A stretch of DNA of 64,000 nucleotides from Octopus bimaculoides (lineage: Eukaryota). Position 1 is the first letter of the stretch, and every line of letters starts with the position of its first letter. Positions 1 through 11,577 of this stretch are shown here, one piece after another. The position numbers were made by a program, and so were the translations under genes. The stretch covers positions 3,948,191 to 4,012,190 of the forward strand of contig NC_069001.1 in NCBI RefSeq assembly GCF_001194135.2, in the 5' to 3' direction. The notes under the pieces are model-generated. The model did not search any database. It saw only the letters and a list, made by a program, of their open reading frames with translations, and was not told where the DNA came from.

Positions 1-74
1 TGATGGTCCCTGTTGATTACACTTTGACCCCAATCCTTATTCATTGCCCCCCCCCCGCCGCCGCGTTGGCATTG

Positions 75-275
75 TGTAAAAAGCACCAGTGCTGGTACCA
101 CATAAAAAAAAGCACCGAGTACACTCTGTAGAGTGGTTGGTGTTAGGAAGGGTGTCCAGATAGAGAAACTGTGCCAGAAGAGACAATTGGAGGCGGGTGC
201 AGCTCTTTTCAAATAGTCCAACCCATGCCAGCATGGAAAACAGATGTTGGACGATGATGATGATGATGATAATGA
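75..275 (+). mobile_element. SINE family A, 3' part
   Basis: AAAAGCACC..ACACTC..GAGTGGTTGG..TTAGGAAGGG..TCCAACCCATGCCAGCATGGAAA followed by a (GAT)n tail; the same motif recurs many times in the window. Confidence 0.85.
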
Positions 276-287
276 TGTGTGATTGAC

Positions 288-326
<39 letters not shown>

Positions 327-1290
327 NNNNNNNNNNNNNNNNNNNNNNNNNNNNNNNNNNNNNNNNNNNNNNNNNNNNNNNNNNNNNNNNNNNNNNNNNN
401 NNNNNNNNNNNNNNNNNNNNNNNNNNNNNNNNNNNNNNNNNNNNNNNNNNNNNNNNNNNNNNNNNNNNNNNNNNNNNNNNNNNNNNNNNNNNNNNNNNNN
501 NNNNNNNNNNNNNNNNNNNNNNNNNNNNNNNNNNNNNNNNNNNNNNNNNNNNNNNNNNNNNNNNNNNNNNNNNNNNNNNNNNNNNNNNNNNNNNNNNNNN
601 NNNNNNNNNNNNNNNNNNNNNNNNNNNNNNNNNNNNNNNNNNNNNNNNNNNNNNNNNNNNNNNNNNNNNNNNNNNNNNNNNNNNNNNNNNNNNNNNNNNN
701 NNNNNNNNNNNNNNNNNNNNNNNNNNNNNNNNNNNNNNNNNNNNNNNNNNNNNNNNNNNNNNNNNNNNNNNNNNNNNNNNNNNNNNNNNNNNNNNNNNNN
801 NNNNNNNNNNNNNNNNNNNNNNNNNNNNNNNNNNNNNNNNNNNNNNNNNNNNNNNNNNNNNNNNNNNNNNNNNNNNNNNNNNNNNNNNNNNNNNNNNNNN
901 NNNNNNNNNNNNNNNNNNNNNNNNNNNNNNNNNNNNNNNNNNNNNNNNNNNNNNNNNNNNNNNNNNNNNNNNNNNNNNNNNNNNNNNNNNNNNNNNNNNN
1001 NNNNNNNNNNNNNNNNNNNNNNNNNNNNNNNNNTACAGCGTGAATGTCTCTTAAGGACATGATTAATCAATTTTTTAAAATCATAAGATAGTGAAATTAG
1101 GAAGGGGTCAGCACCCATGACCTCAGCAGATCTGTATTCCCATCTCTGATTACTCGTAAAGAGGAGGAGGAGGAGTGATTAATCGGATTCCTTGTAATGT
1201 ATAGCCATTTACATGATAAGACATCACCTCACCCACTCCAATTACTTCCCTCACTTCTCACACACACACACACACACAATGCACATGCAC

Positions 1291-1321
<31 letters not shown>

Positions 1322-1464
1322 CCAGCAGTTTTGTGAACTTTGTGTCCATCCTGAAAGATTGTTACTCTCAAGGGCATGTTGACCTAAAAGTTAAAAGGAC
1401 ACATAAAATAGCAAGAAACCCAATAATACTGTATTTTAATGAGATTAAGGGACAGTTTTAGGGG

Positions 1465-1745
1465 GGTCTGTGCCATCTACTAAGGGAGTATATTAAGGAA
1501 ATTGTATCTTCTGCTTGGGGAATGTATTAAGGGCATCAGATGTGTATTAAGAAGTCTGTGTTATCCACTAACAGGGGATGTTAAGGGAGTTAAGTGTCAT
1601 CTGTTAAGGGAGTATATTAAGGGAGTTTGTGTCATCTGCTAAAGGAGCATATTAAGGAGTCTGTCATCCACTAAGGAAACATATTAAGGGAGTTTGTGTC
1701 ATCTGTTAAGGGAGTATATTGAGAGAGTCAATATCATCTGCTATA
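1465..1745. repeat. Degenerate 35-bp minisatellite
   Basis: Unit GTGTCATCTGTTAAGGGAGTATATTAAGGGAGTTT repeated imperfectly. Confidence 0.85.
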
Positions 1746-1787
1746 TTTCAGTAACACAAAAGAGTACAACGGAAACTCTTTCTTTAC

Positions 1788-2070
1788 CCTGGCAAACTTG
1801 TGACTAACTGGCGTTCTGTTGGTTATGACAATGAGAGTACCAATTGATCCAACCAACAATGGAACAGCTGACTCATGAAATTAGCAGATTCAGCATGGCA
1901 CAAAGTGTGTCAAGTCTGACCCTTTGAATTACAGGGACAACTCATCTTTGCCAGCTGAATGGACTAGAGCAACATGAAATAAAGTGTCTTGCTCAAGGAC
2001 ACAATGCACTGCCAGATATCGAACCCACAACCTTACAACTGTGAGCTGAATACCCTAACCACCAAGCCAT
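1788..2070 (-). mobile_element. tRNA-derived SINE family D, flanked by a 53-bp direct repeat
   Basis: Minus strand reads GGCTTGGTGGTTAGGGTATTC..GGTTCGATATC..TTGTGTCCTTGAGCAAGACACTTTATTTC (A/B-box-like head). Flanks 1735-1787 and 2068-2120 match at 48/53. Confidence 0.85.
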
Positions 2071-3744
2071 CTGCTATATTGCAGTAACACAAAAAAGTAC
2101 AACAGAAATTCATTCTTTACATGGATAAGTTTGTAATGGTTGGGTTGTTTTTTCTTTTTCTAAATGGTTTCGCAAAGACTGGGCTTTCATTTCTACTCCC
2201 AGTCCTTCCTTCACCAGAATCTCAACCCTCAGAAACTCACATCTTACCTAAGAGATTATTTTTTTTTTTTTTTTTTTTTTTTTTNNNNNNNNNNNNNNNN
2301 NNNNNNNNNNNNNNNNNNNNNNNNNNNNNNNNNNNNNNNNNNNNNNNNNNNNNNNNNNNNNNNNNNNNNNNNNNNNNNNNNNNNNNNNNNNNNNNNNNNN
2401 NNNNNNNNNNNNNNNNNNNNNNNNNNNNNNNNNNNNNNNNNNNNNNNNNNNNNNNNNNNNNNNNNNNNNNNNNNNNNNNNNNNNNNNNNNNNNNNNNNNN
2501 NNNNNNNNNNNNNNNNNNNNNNNNNNNNNNNNNNNNNNNNNNNNNNNNNNNNNNNNNNNNNNNNNNNNNNNNNNNNNNNNNNNNNNNNNNNNNNNNNNNN
2601 NNNNNNNNNNNNNNNNNNNNNNNNNNNNNNNNNNNNNNNNNNNNNNNNNNNNNNNNNNNNNNNNNNNNNNNNNNNNNNNNNNNNNNNNNNNNNNNNNNNN
2701 NNNNNNNNNNNNNNNNNNNNNNNNNNNNNNNNNNNNNNNNNNNNNNNNNNNNNNNNNNNNNNNNNNNNNNNNNNNNNNNNNNNNNNNNNNNNNNNNNNNN
2801 NNNNNNNNNNNNNNNNNNNNNNNNNNNNNNNNNNNNNNNNNNNNNNNNNNNNNNNNNNNNNNNNNNNNNNNNNNNNNNNNNNNNNNNNNNNNNNNNNNNN
2901 NNNNNNNNNNNNNNNNNNNNNNNNNNNNNNNNNNNNNNNNNNNNNNNNNNNNNNNNNNNNNNNNNNNNNNNNNNNNNNNNNNNNNNNNNNNNNNNNNNNN
3001 NNNNNNNNNNNNNNNNNNNNNNNNNNNNNNNNNNNNNCTCACTCAAATGACTGAACTGTGTAAAGGAATGACAGAACTAAGTGTTTAATATCTGGTAAAT
3101 GCTTGGCTGACTTTTGTCACTAAATGGTGGTGGTGGTGGTGGTGGTGGTGGTGGTTTTGGTGGCATCAAGTGAAGTGAAGTTGGTGGGTAAGTGGAGTCA
3201 ATAAGATGGGGTGGTGGTGGGGTTATGGCAGGGCATGGTGTGGGAGCGGAGGAGGGTCCCCCCCCCCCTTATCAGTCCGATTTATCTGGCAGTTTTGCAG
3301 TGAATGTAGAAAGAGACTAGAGCCAAGTGATGGACTGAAGGAGGTGACTTTGAAGTAGATTTTCTTTCTTTCTTTCTTTCTTTCTTTTCCTAAATAAACA
3401 TTGTAATGTGGTAGGTTAAGCAGGAGTGAAGTGTTTAGTGTTGAACCTTAAAGACTGGTTTCAAGTGGATCCGAAAAGTGGGGAGGGATGGTAAGCTATA
3501 TAAAGTGGGGGAGGTAATAAGAGAGAGAAAGAGAGAGAGACAGAGAGAGAGACAGAGAGAGAGAGAGANNNNNNNNNNCACAGCAGTGGAATGACAGAAT
3601 CATTAATACATTGGACTAAGAAATGCCTAGAAGTGTTTCTTCCAGCCCTTTATGTTACCATGTTGAAGGGTTTAAGTGGGGAAAAAATGATCCCAATACC
3701 TATTTATAAAACTTGGTACTTGTTCTATTGTGCCCTCTTTGCCA

Positions 3745-4020
3745 AACTTGCTAAGTGACAGGGATGTAAACAAAGCGACACTGGTTGTCAAATAGTGGTG
3801 GAAGACAAACACAAAGGTACACACAAGCAGAATCATACACACATATATACATAGAATCACACATGTATGTGATAGCTTCTTTTGGTTTCCATCTATGAAA
3901 TCCATTCACAAGGCTTTGGTCAGCCCAGGGTTAGAGCTGGAGACATGCCCAAGGAGTCAGACAGCAAGACTGAACTCGGAATTAAGTGGTTGGGAGGTAA
4001 ACTTCTTACCACACAGCCAG
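3745..4020 (-). mobile_element. tRNA-derived SINE family B
   Basis: Reverse complement of the family-B head (GGCTGTGTGGTAAGAAG..) and body, compared with the near-complete copy at 51237-51618. Confidence 0.8.
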
Positions 4021-4332
4021 GGCAAGTGCCTTCCACTATAGTCTTGGGCCAGCCAAAGCCTTGTGAGTGGATTTGGTAGACAGAAATTGAAAGAAGCCTG
4101 GCATATATAGATGTGTGTGTATGCTTGTGTGTCTGTGTTTGTCCCGCACCTATTGCTTGACAACCGATGTCGGTGTGTTTACGTCCCCGTAACTTAGTAG
4201 TTCGGCAAAAGAGGCCGATAGAATAAGTACTAGGTTTACAAAGAATAAGTCTTGGGGTCGATTCGTTCGACTAAAGGCGGTGCTCCAGCATGGCCGCAGT
4301 CAAATGACTGAAACGAGTAAAAGAATAAAAGA
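4021..4332 (+). mobile_element. SINE family B, 5'-truncated
   Basis: GGGCAAGTG..CCAAAGCCTTGTGAGTGGATTTGGTAGAC..GACTAAAGGCGGTGCTCCAGCATGGCCGCAGTCAAATGACTGAAAC, ending in an (AAAAGAAT) tail. Confidence 0.9.
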
Positions 4333-5110
4333 ACGTGTGTGTGTGTGCGTATTTATGAAAATACATTCAGTCACACACACACTCTCTCTCTCTCTTTTTC
4401 ACACACACACACACACACACTTGTTTTCTTTTCCCATATTTTGTTGATAGATTTCAGTAGCAGGTGGGTTGGTTACTGCATTATTAGACTAAGCAAGGAA
4501 NNNNNNNNNNNNNNNNNNNNNNNNNNNNNNNNNNNNNNNNNNNNNNNNNNNNNNNNNNNNNNNNNNNNNNNNNNNNNNNNNNNNNNNNNNNNNNNNNNNN
4601 NNNNNNNNNNNNNNNNNNNNNNNNNNNNNNNNNNNNNNNNNNNNNNNNNNNNNNNNNNNNNNNNNNNNNNNNNNNNNNNNNNNNNNNNNNNNNNNNNNNN
4701 NNNNNNNNNNNNNNNNNNNNNNNNNNNNNNNNNNNNNNNNNNNNNNNNNNNNNNNNNNNNNNNNNNNNNNNNNNNNNNNNNNNNNNNNNNNNNNNNNNNN
4801 NNNNNNNNNNNNNNNNNNNNNNNNNNNNNNNNNNNNNNNNNNNNNNNNNNNNNNNNNNNNNNNNNNNNNNNNNNNNNNNNNNNNNNNNNNNNNNNNNNNN
4901 NNNNNNNNNNNNNNNNNNNNNNNNNNNNNNNNNNNNNNNNNNNNNNNNNNNNNNNNNNNNNNNNNNNNNNNNNNNNNNNNNNNNNNNNNNNNNNNNNNNN
5001 NNNNNNNNNNNNNNNNNGAAATGGTTTGCAGAAGGAAAAAATAAAGAAATTACAAGGATTTGAATGGAAATTCTTCCTTGCTGATTGTTTTTGTTTTTGC
5101 TTTTGATAAA

Positions 5111-5163
<53 letters not shown>

Positions 5164-5463
5164 ATGTGTGTGTGTGAAAAGTGCATGCACATGTGTTAGT
5201 GTAACAGTGTTTGTGCATATACAGCTGTGTGAGGATGTGTGTGTGTGTGAATGTGCGTGTTGGCATGTGTGTGCATCTGTGCATGAATGTATGTGCATGT
5301 GTCTGTGAATATGTGTGTGTGTGTGTATGTGCATGTCTGTATGAATGTGTGTGTGTGTGTCTGTGTGTGTGTGTGCATTCCTTTATATGTCTGTAAAAGA
5401 AGCTGTAGCCTGACTGACTACATGGCTCCAGGTTCAATCCCACTGCATACCATATGAGCAAGC

Positions 5464-5923
5464 GGTCCAGATGGACTATATGTAATCTGAACCTTTCCCC
5501 ACTTGTTTTATGTTTCTTTTTTTACGGAATCCCACGTTTTAGGCTATGGAGATTCCGATTCTGAAAAAAGTTTTTCAAAAATCTCAATTTCAAAATTTCG
5601 ATTCCCCCCCGCCACGGTTTTTATATAGATCCACAGGGTAAACCTAACCCTAACTCAAACCCTAACCCTAACCCTAACCCTAACCCTGACCGTAACCCTG
5701 ACCCTAACCTTAACCCTGACCCTAACCCTAATACTAGTTTTGTGAGATTTGGCTGTTATTTCTAGCATGTAAATAGCCTGCTTGGTGGGGGGGGGGAATT
5801 AAAATTTTTCAAACAATTTTTTTTCAGAATCGGAATCTCCATAGCCTAAAACGTGGGATTCCGTAAAAAAAATTAATAAATAAGGTGGGGAAAGGTTCAG
5901 ATTACATATAGTCCGTCTCTACC
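5464..5923. mobile_element. Non-autonomous DNA transposon (MITE), Merlin-like, with internal telomere-type repeats
   Basis: Perfect 8-bp TSD GAGCAAGC (5456-5463 and 5924-5931); GG..CC termini; TIRs about 5464-5615 and 5785-5923 containing identical 30-nt and 40-nt blocks. The Merlin assignment is inferred from the 8-bp TSD plus GG termini. Confidence 0.85.
5641..5731. repeat. Interstitial telomere-like (TAACCC)n array
   Basis: About 15 units of TAACCC with TGACCC-type variants (TTAGGG on the minus strand), inside the MITE. Confidence 0.9.
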
Positions 5924-6309
5924 GAGCAAGCATCAGTGCTTGCAGGCCATACCAGCAGGGATGGTCAGTATAAAATGACGATGATGCTGGTAGTAATGGT
6001 GGTGGCTGTGGTGGTAGCAGTGGTTTTGGTGATGGTGGTGCTGATGGGGACAGTGGTAGTGAAGGTGGTGGTGATGGTACAAGAAGGTGATGGTGATGAT
6101 GATGGTGATAGTGATGAAAATGATTAAAACTAAATCGTCTGGTTGCTCGTTACTTGACTGGCACTTTATTTGATTGATCCCTGAAGGCAAAGTAATTTTC
6201 CAGTGGCAGAATTTGAACTCAGTCTCAAGGGACATATCCAAATACCATGTTCACTATTGTAACATTTTGGCCCATCTACCACCCCCATAATAATAATAAT
6301 AATGATGAT

Positions 6310-6780
6310 GGATGCCCTTCCTAATGCCAACCACTCTGAGTGTGTAGTGGGTGCTTTTACGTGACACCGGCACGAGGGCCAGTCAGGTGGTACTGGCAAT
6401 GACCACGCTCAAAAGGTATTTTTTACGTGCTATATCTGCACAGGAGCCAATCCAGCGGCACTGGCAATGACCACACTTGAATGTTGTTTTTCACATGCCA
6501 CCAGCACATGTGCCAGTAAGGCAACGCTGGCAATGATCACGCTCGAATGGTGCTTTTTACGTGCCACTGGCACAGGAGGCAATCAGCGGCCCTGGCAACG
6601 ATCATGCTTGGATGGTGCTTTTAACGTTCCACTGGCACGAGTGTCAATCAGGTGGTACTGTCATCGGCCACGTCAGCGATTTTGATTTCACTTGCCTCAA
6701 CAGGTCTTCGCAAGCAAAGTTTATTGTCCAATGAATGAGGGGTACTCATAAGTGGGCTGGTTGCACCCACTAGCATAGGC
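6310..6780 (-). mobile_element. SINE family A with five internal ~65-bp tandem units
   Basis: Repeated GTGCTTTTACGTGCCAC..GGCAC..CTGGCAA units at 6351-6680, plus the upstream block ACTTGCCTCAACAGGTCTTCGCAAGCA shared with 39420-39735. Confidence 0.85.
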
Positions 6781-7803
6781 AATACATATGTATACACACA
6801 CACACACAACAGGTTTCCACTCAGCATCAATCTACCAAATCCACTAACAAAGTATTTGTTGGCCTGGGATTACCGCAGAAGACACTTGCCCAAAGTGCCA
6901 AGCAGTAGGATTGAACCTGAAACCACATGATTGCAAAGCAAGCTTCATAACTACATAGCCATGTCTATTAATAGTGTCTATTTATAGTAAAACATTTCTG
7001 TCTAGTTAACAACAACAGAAAAAACAACAACAAAAAAAAGCCCCCTGTTCCAATATTCTGAATGTCAGTTTTATTTTCTGATTACTTCATATTAACAATA
7101 GATGAGCAAAACTTTGCTATATTTAGTCAAGTATTGATTGATATGATCTCAAATGTGGGCAAACTTACGAAATATAATGAATATTTGATATATTATCACT
7201 ATCATAGAAAAAAATGTAACAGTACTATTGTAGCAAGTTAAACACTTCACTACACATCAGTTAGCTTAAACAATGAATAGAACTTACATCAGGTCATGCT
7301 GTTCCGAATGCAGTTATGCACTTAGGACTGAGGGGAAATGTATAAAATTTAGTTCTTATGTATAACGTGAACCCCTAATTTTTAGGTAAACCTTTTCGTT
7401 ACAATACTTTTGTTGAAATACACTGCTTTGTTTTCAAATAAAATGACTGTTGTTATTAAATGGGTGTTTGGATCAGAAATTAATATGAAAATTTGATGAA
7501 AGTTTTTAAATCAGATCTAGACTGTTGATTAACAGCCCAGTCAAGATGGTATTTTCTTCATCTCCTACTCTTGTTTTTGCACACATCTACAAAATGACTT
7601 TCTAAAATGAAATTCCATTATGCAGCTGAGGAGTACATTTTCATTGCACATCTTCTCACTGCTATAACCTATTGAATTTTTGTTGCTCTTCTTCAAATTT
7701 TATTCACCAAATCTCTTGATTTTGTTTTTGATTTTTACCCTACCAAATTCTGGTGCCTCAAACATTTTAAGTACCACGTTTAATCTTTTGATTAAATCTA
7801 TAT

Positions 7804-7838
<35 letters not shown>

Positions 7839-8109
7839 TAGATAGATAGATATGAATGTGGTATGTATGAGTGTTTGTGTGTGTGCATCTCTGTTTGTTA
7901 CCCCATCCCACTGCTGGTCAACCTTTGTTGGTTCATTTACAGCCCTGTAACTTAGCAGTTTGGCAAAAGAAATCAATAGAATAAATACCAGACTTTAAAA
8001 AATGTAAGTCTTGGGGTCGATATGTTCAGCTAAACCCTTCAAGTTGTTATTATTATTATTATTTTTATTATTATCATTATTATTATTATTATTATTATTA
8101 TCATCATAA

Positions 8110-8335
8110 AGGCAGCGAGCTGGGAGAATCATTAACACAGACAAAAGTTCATCGTGGCATTTCTTGTGACTCGTTACATACTGAGTTCAAGTTTTGTCAA
8201 GGCTGACTTTGCCTCTCATCTGTTTTGCTGTTGATAAAATAACCAGTTGAGTGCCAGGGTTCATGTAACCAACTCACGAACTTCCCTAAAACTGCCAGCT
8301 TTGTACCAAAAAAAAAAAAAAAAAATCAAAAAGAA
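8110..8335 (+). mobile_element. SINE family C
   Basis: Head AAGGCAGCGAGCTGG..; core CTGAGTTCAA..GACTTTGCCT; preceded by (ATT)n. Confidence 0.75.
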
Positions 8336-8786
8336 TTATAGTCAGTATCTGGAACATAACACAACTAAACAAAAGGTTCTTACATAAAAATTATGACGGT
8401 GAGATTTTTATTTAAATATGAAGTCTAAAATGGAGTGTTTTGTATGCAAGAATCAGAGGTGGTCTCCGTGAAAGTGACCATTAAAAGGAGATAAGTGAAT
8501 GGTGGGAGAGATGTATTAACAGGCAGGAGTACTACAGGACAGCAGAACATGGGTCTGGGGAAGAAACATCTATATTAAGAAGTTGGGGGTGGAGGGAAAG
8601 GCAAACAAATGCAAACACACACAAGCACTCATTGATGTGTGTGTGTGTGTGTATATACATATATATACACACATACATATATACACACACACATATAGAT
8701 ATATATATATAGATACACACACATATATACATACATATATTCACACACATACCTATACATACATACATAAGTACATACACACACAC

Positions 8787-8841
<55 letters not shown>

Positions 8842-8968
8842 TACATGTTTACACACACACACATATATATATACATACATATACAGATATATACACGCAT
8901 ATATATACATATATATATACATATACACACACATATATACATATATATATACATACACATATACACAC

Positions 8969-9001
<33 letters not shown>

Positions 9002-9464
9002 CATATATATATACATATATATACATGCACATATATATACATATATATGCACACACACACATATATATACACACACACATTCATACATACATACACTTAG
9101 ACGCCTACACACACGTATTTATACATACACATATATATACATAAAGACACACACCTTCACATTTGCACAGGCATACACATCCATATAAAGCAAACTTGTT
9201 ACTGCTATTGATATAAAAAAATTTGAATTCCTTATCTCATTACCGCTTGATGAATGGAGTTAATTATGCCTGGTATTATTAACGAACTATTGTAAAGTGA
9301 AAATAAGCAAAGACCTGTGAGTTGGTTTAAATACCTTCTCCTGCACTTTAATATGCTTGTTAATACACTGGGGGAAGCATAAACACCACAACGTCTCATT
9401 TCCATTACTTTCACTTTTTAAATAAATCACTCTCTTTGTTGTTATTTACAAGAAATCAATAATA

Positions 9465-9658
9465 ATCCTTTGTACTCTAGGCACAAGGCCTGAAATTTTG
9501 GGGAAGGGGGCCAGTCGATTAGACCCCCCCCCCCCAATACGCAACTGCTACTTAATTTATCGATCTCGAAAGGATGAAAGGCAAAGTCAACCTTGGTGGA
9601 ATTTGAACTCATAACATAAAGACGGGTGAAAAACCATTAAGCATTTCATCCAGCATGC

Positions 9659-9697
<39 letters not shown>

Positions 9698-9870
9698 TGA
9701 TGATAATCCTTTCTACTATCAGTACAAGGAATTCTGGGGGAAGGAACAAGTTGGATTACATCAACCCAAGTGTTTAACTGGTATTAATTTTATGGGGCCC
9801 AAAAGGACAAAAGGCAAAGTTGACCCTGGGGACATTTGAATTCAGAACGTAAAGAGCTGTAAGGAATGCC
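9465..9870 (-). mobile_element. Two tandem family-C SINEs separated by (AAT)n
   Basis: Two AAAGGCAAAGT..ATTTGAA(C/T)TC cores (about 9575-9610 and 9810-9845), each with an ATAATCCTTT tail. Confidence 0.8.
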
Positions 9871-11126
9871 ATATCTATAACAACAACAATTCCTTTATTC
9901 TTTTACTTGTTTCAGTCATTTGGCTGCGGTCATGCTGGAGCACCGGCTCTAGTCAAACAAATCAGCCCCAGGACTAATTCTTTGTAAGCCTAGTACTTAT
10001 TCTATAGGTATTAAAGACAAAAGTTGTAAATTTATTTTATACACTGCAAGTTAATGGTTTCCCTATGTCTGATGAGAACCCCTTTTATTTTAATAACCAT
10101 TACTAGTTTTATCATGTATAATATAATTACTGCTATAGGTACAATTTAGTAAATTATGTTACCTCACCACCCCCTAAACCTTAATGTCCTCTTTGACATG
10201 CTCAGTGCCCTCTTGAGAGCAGTACCACCCATGATAAGAACCTCTGGTCTACAAGATTGTGTGTGTGTTTTCTTTTTTTCTTTTCTACTCTTATTCTTCT
10301 TTTTCTGCAACAAATAAGCTCACTGGAATGGTATTCTGCCAGGAATGAATTTACTGACAACCTTCCTCGTCATGTGGTCACTTTATCTGCCCTCGTTAGC
10401 ACACAAATTAACTCTACATTTACTCAATCAACCTGCGGAGTTATTAATCTAATAGGATGCTGAATATAAATATATTTAGTTGTGTGTTCTGTCATGTTGC
10501 AAAGTTGCTGCACCCCTGCAGAGCATTCCTAAACATAATTTGAAACTCAACTATCAAAATCTAATTATGTAGTTCTGAGAATTTAAGGCTTTTGGAAGTT
10601 AAGTTTAATATCTGATATGAGGGTTTAATCCTTTAATCTTGGACAGGAGTAATTGATATTTATATTAATTTTTGAGGGTAGCAATGAGGCGGAAATGATA
10701 ATTACTTGTATTAAACAAACTGAAGGTATTTAGTGACAATCCTCAGGTTTTTTTGGGTTGTTTTTTTTTTTTTAGTATAAGAGAGGTCATTGCCATGTTT
10801 GACTCTTTTTTTTATTGGTGGTTGGTGGTCCAGAACATAAATATCAGACATATATTGGAGGAAAGAGGTCAATTCAATCAGCTATATTACGATAATGCTG
10901 TGATATAGAGCTGATGTGAGAGACTAAATCATCATTGTCTTAACATCTACTTTCCCATGCTTGTATTAATCTAATGATGTTTATTGAGGCAGATTTTCTA
11001 CAGCTGGATGCCTTTCCTGTTGCCAATCCTCACCCGTTTCCATGTATGGTAATATCTGTAAGGATGCCCGCATGTGTTAGACACATGGAGTTCAAAAAGG
11101 TGCTCAAAGTGGTTGTTGGCATGATG

Positions 11127-11168
<42 letters not shown>

Positions 11169-11376
11169 CCCTCTACACTTGAACAACTGTCTCTCCTGTC
11201 CTTCTACACATGAACAACCATGTCCCTTGTCACCTGGCACCTCAGTATTAGTTTTTACTAATCACCTGCATTTCAAGTCTCCTCTGTCCCTTTAACATCT
11301 ACAGTTGTCTCTCCACTCTCCTCAACAAAATCAAAAATTCTCCACCATGCTTCACTAATCACTGATATATGTTTAA

Positions 11377-11577
11377 CTCTAGCATTTAAGCTGGCCATAT
11401 CCGTCCCAAATATTCTACCTGGCCGTATCTGGCCTTTCACACCTTTCCTGCAATGTCATTCTAAAAATAAACAATCACATTATTGAAAGTATAAAGCTGC
11501 AACAATACACAATTAATTCGAAACTAAGTGAATAAACAAGCATCACATTTGACAAAGTTAATCTGAGTGTTAAAAGG
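11377..11577. mobile_element. piggyBac-like MITE
   Basis: TTAA at both ends (11373-11376 and 11578-11581); homologous to 26728-26940 (CTAAAAATAAACAATCACA block); degenerate TTTAGCAT..ATGCTAAA-type termini. Confidence 0.6.

Noticed and set aside
209-5461. Long ORFs containing X runs (also at 28381-29399, 49232-49797, 53365-53734 and 54297-54821)
   Set aside because: They are open only because they cross N gaps.
5641-5731. True telomere or chromosome end
   Set aside because: The array is short, degenerate and enclosed by TIRs and a TSD in mid-scaffold.
8532-9188. YI/HT/CV-repeat ORFs up to 257 aa (also 19560-20333, 40222-40840 and others)
   Set aside because: Translations of (TA)n/(CA)n microsatellites with no stop in the repeat; no coding signal.
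10060-10095. CTGATGAG motif as a hammerhead core
   Set aside because: No downstream complementary stem or GAAA.
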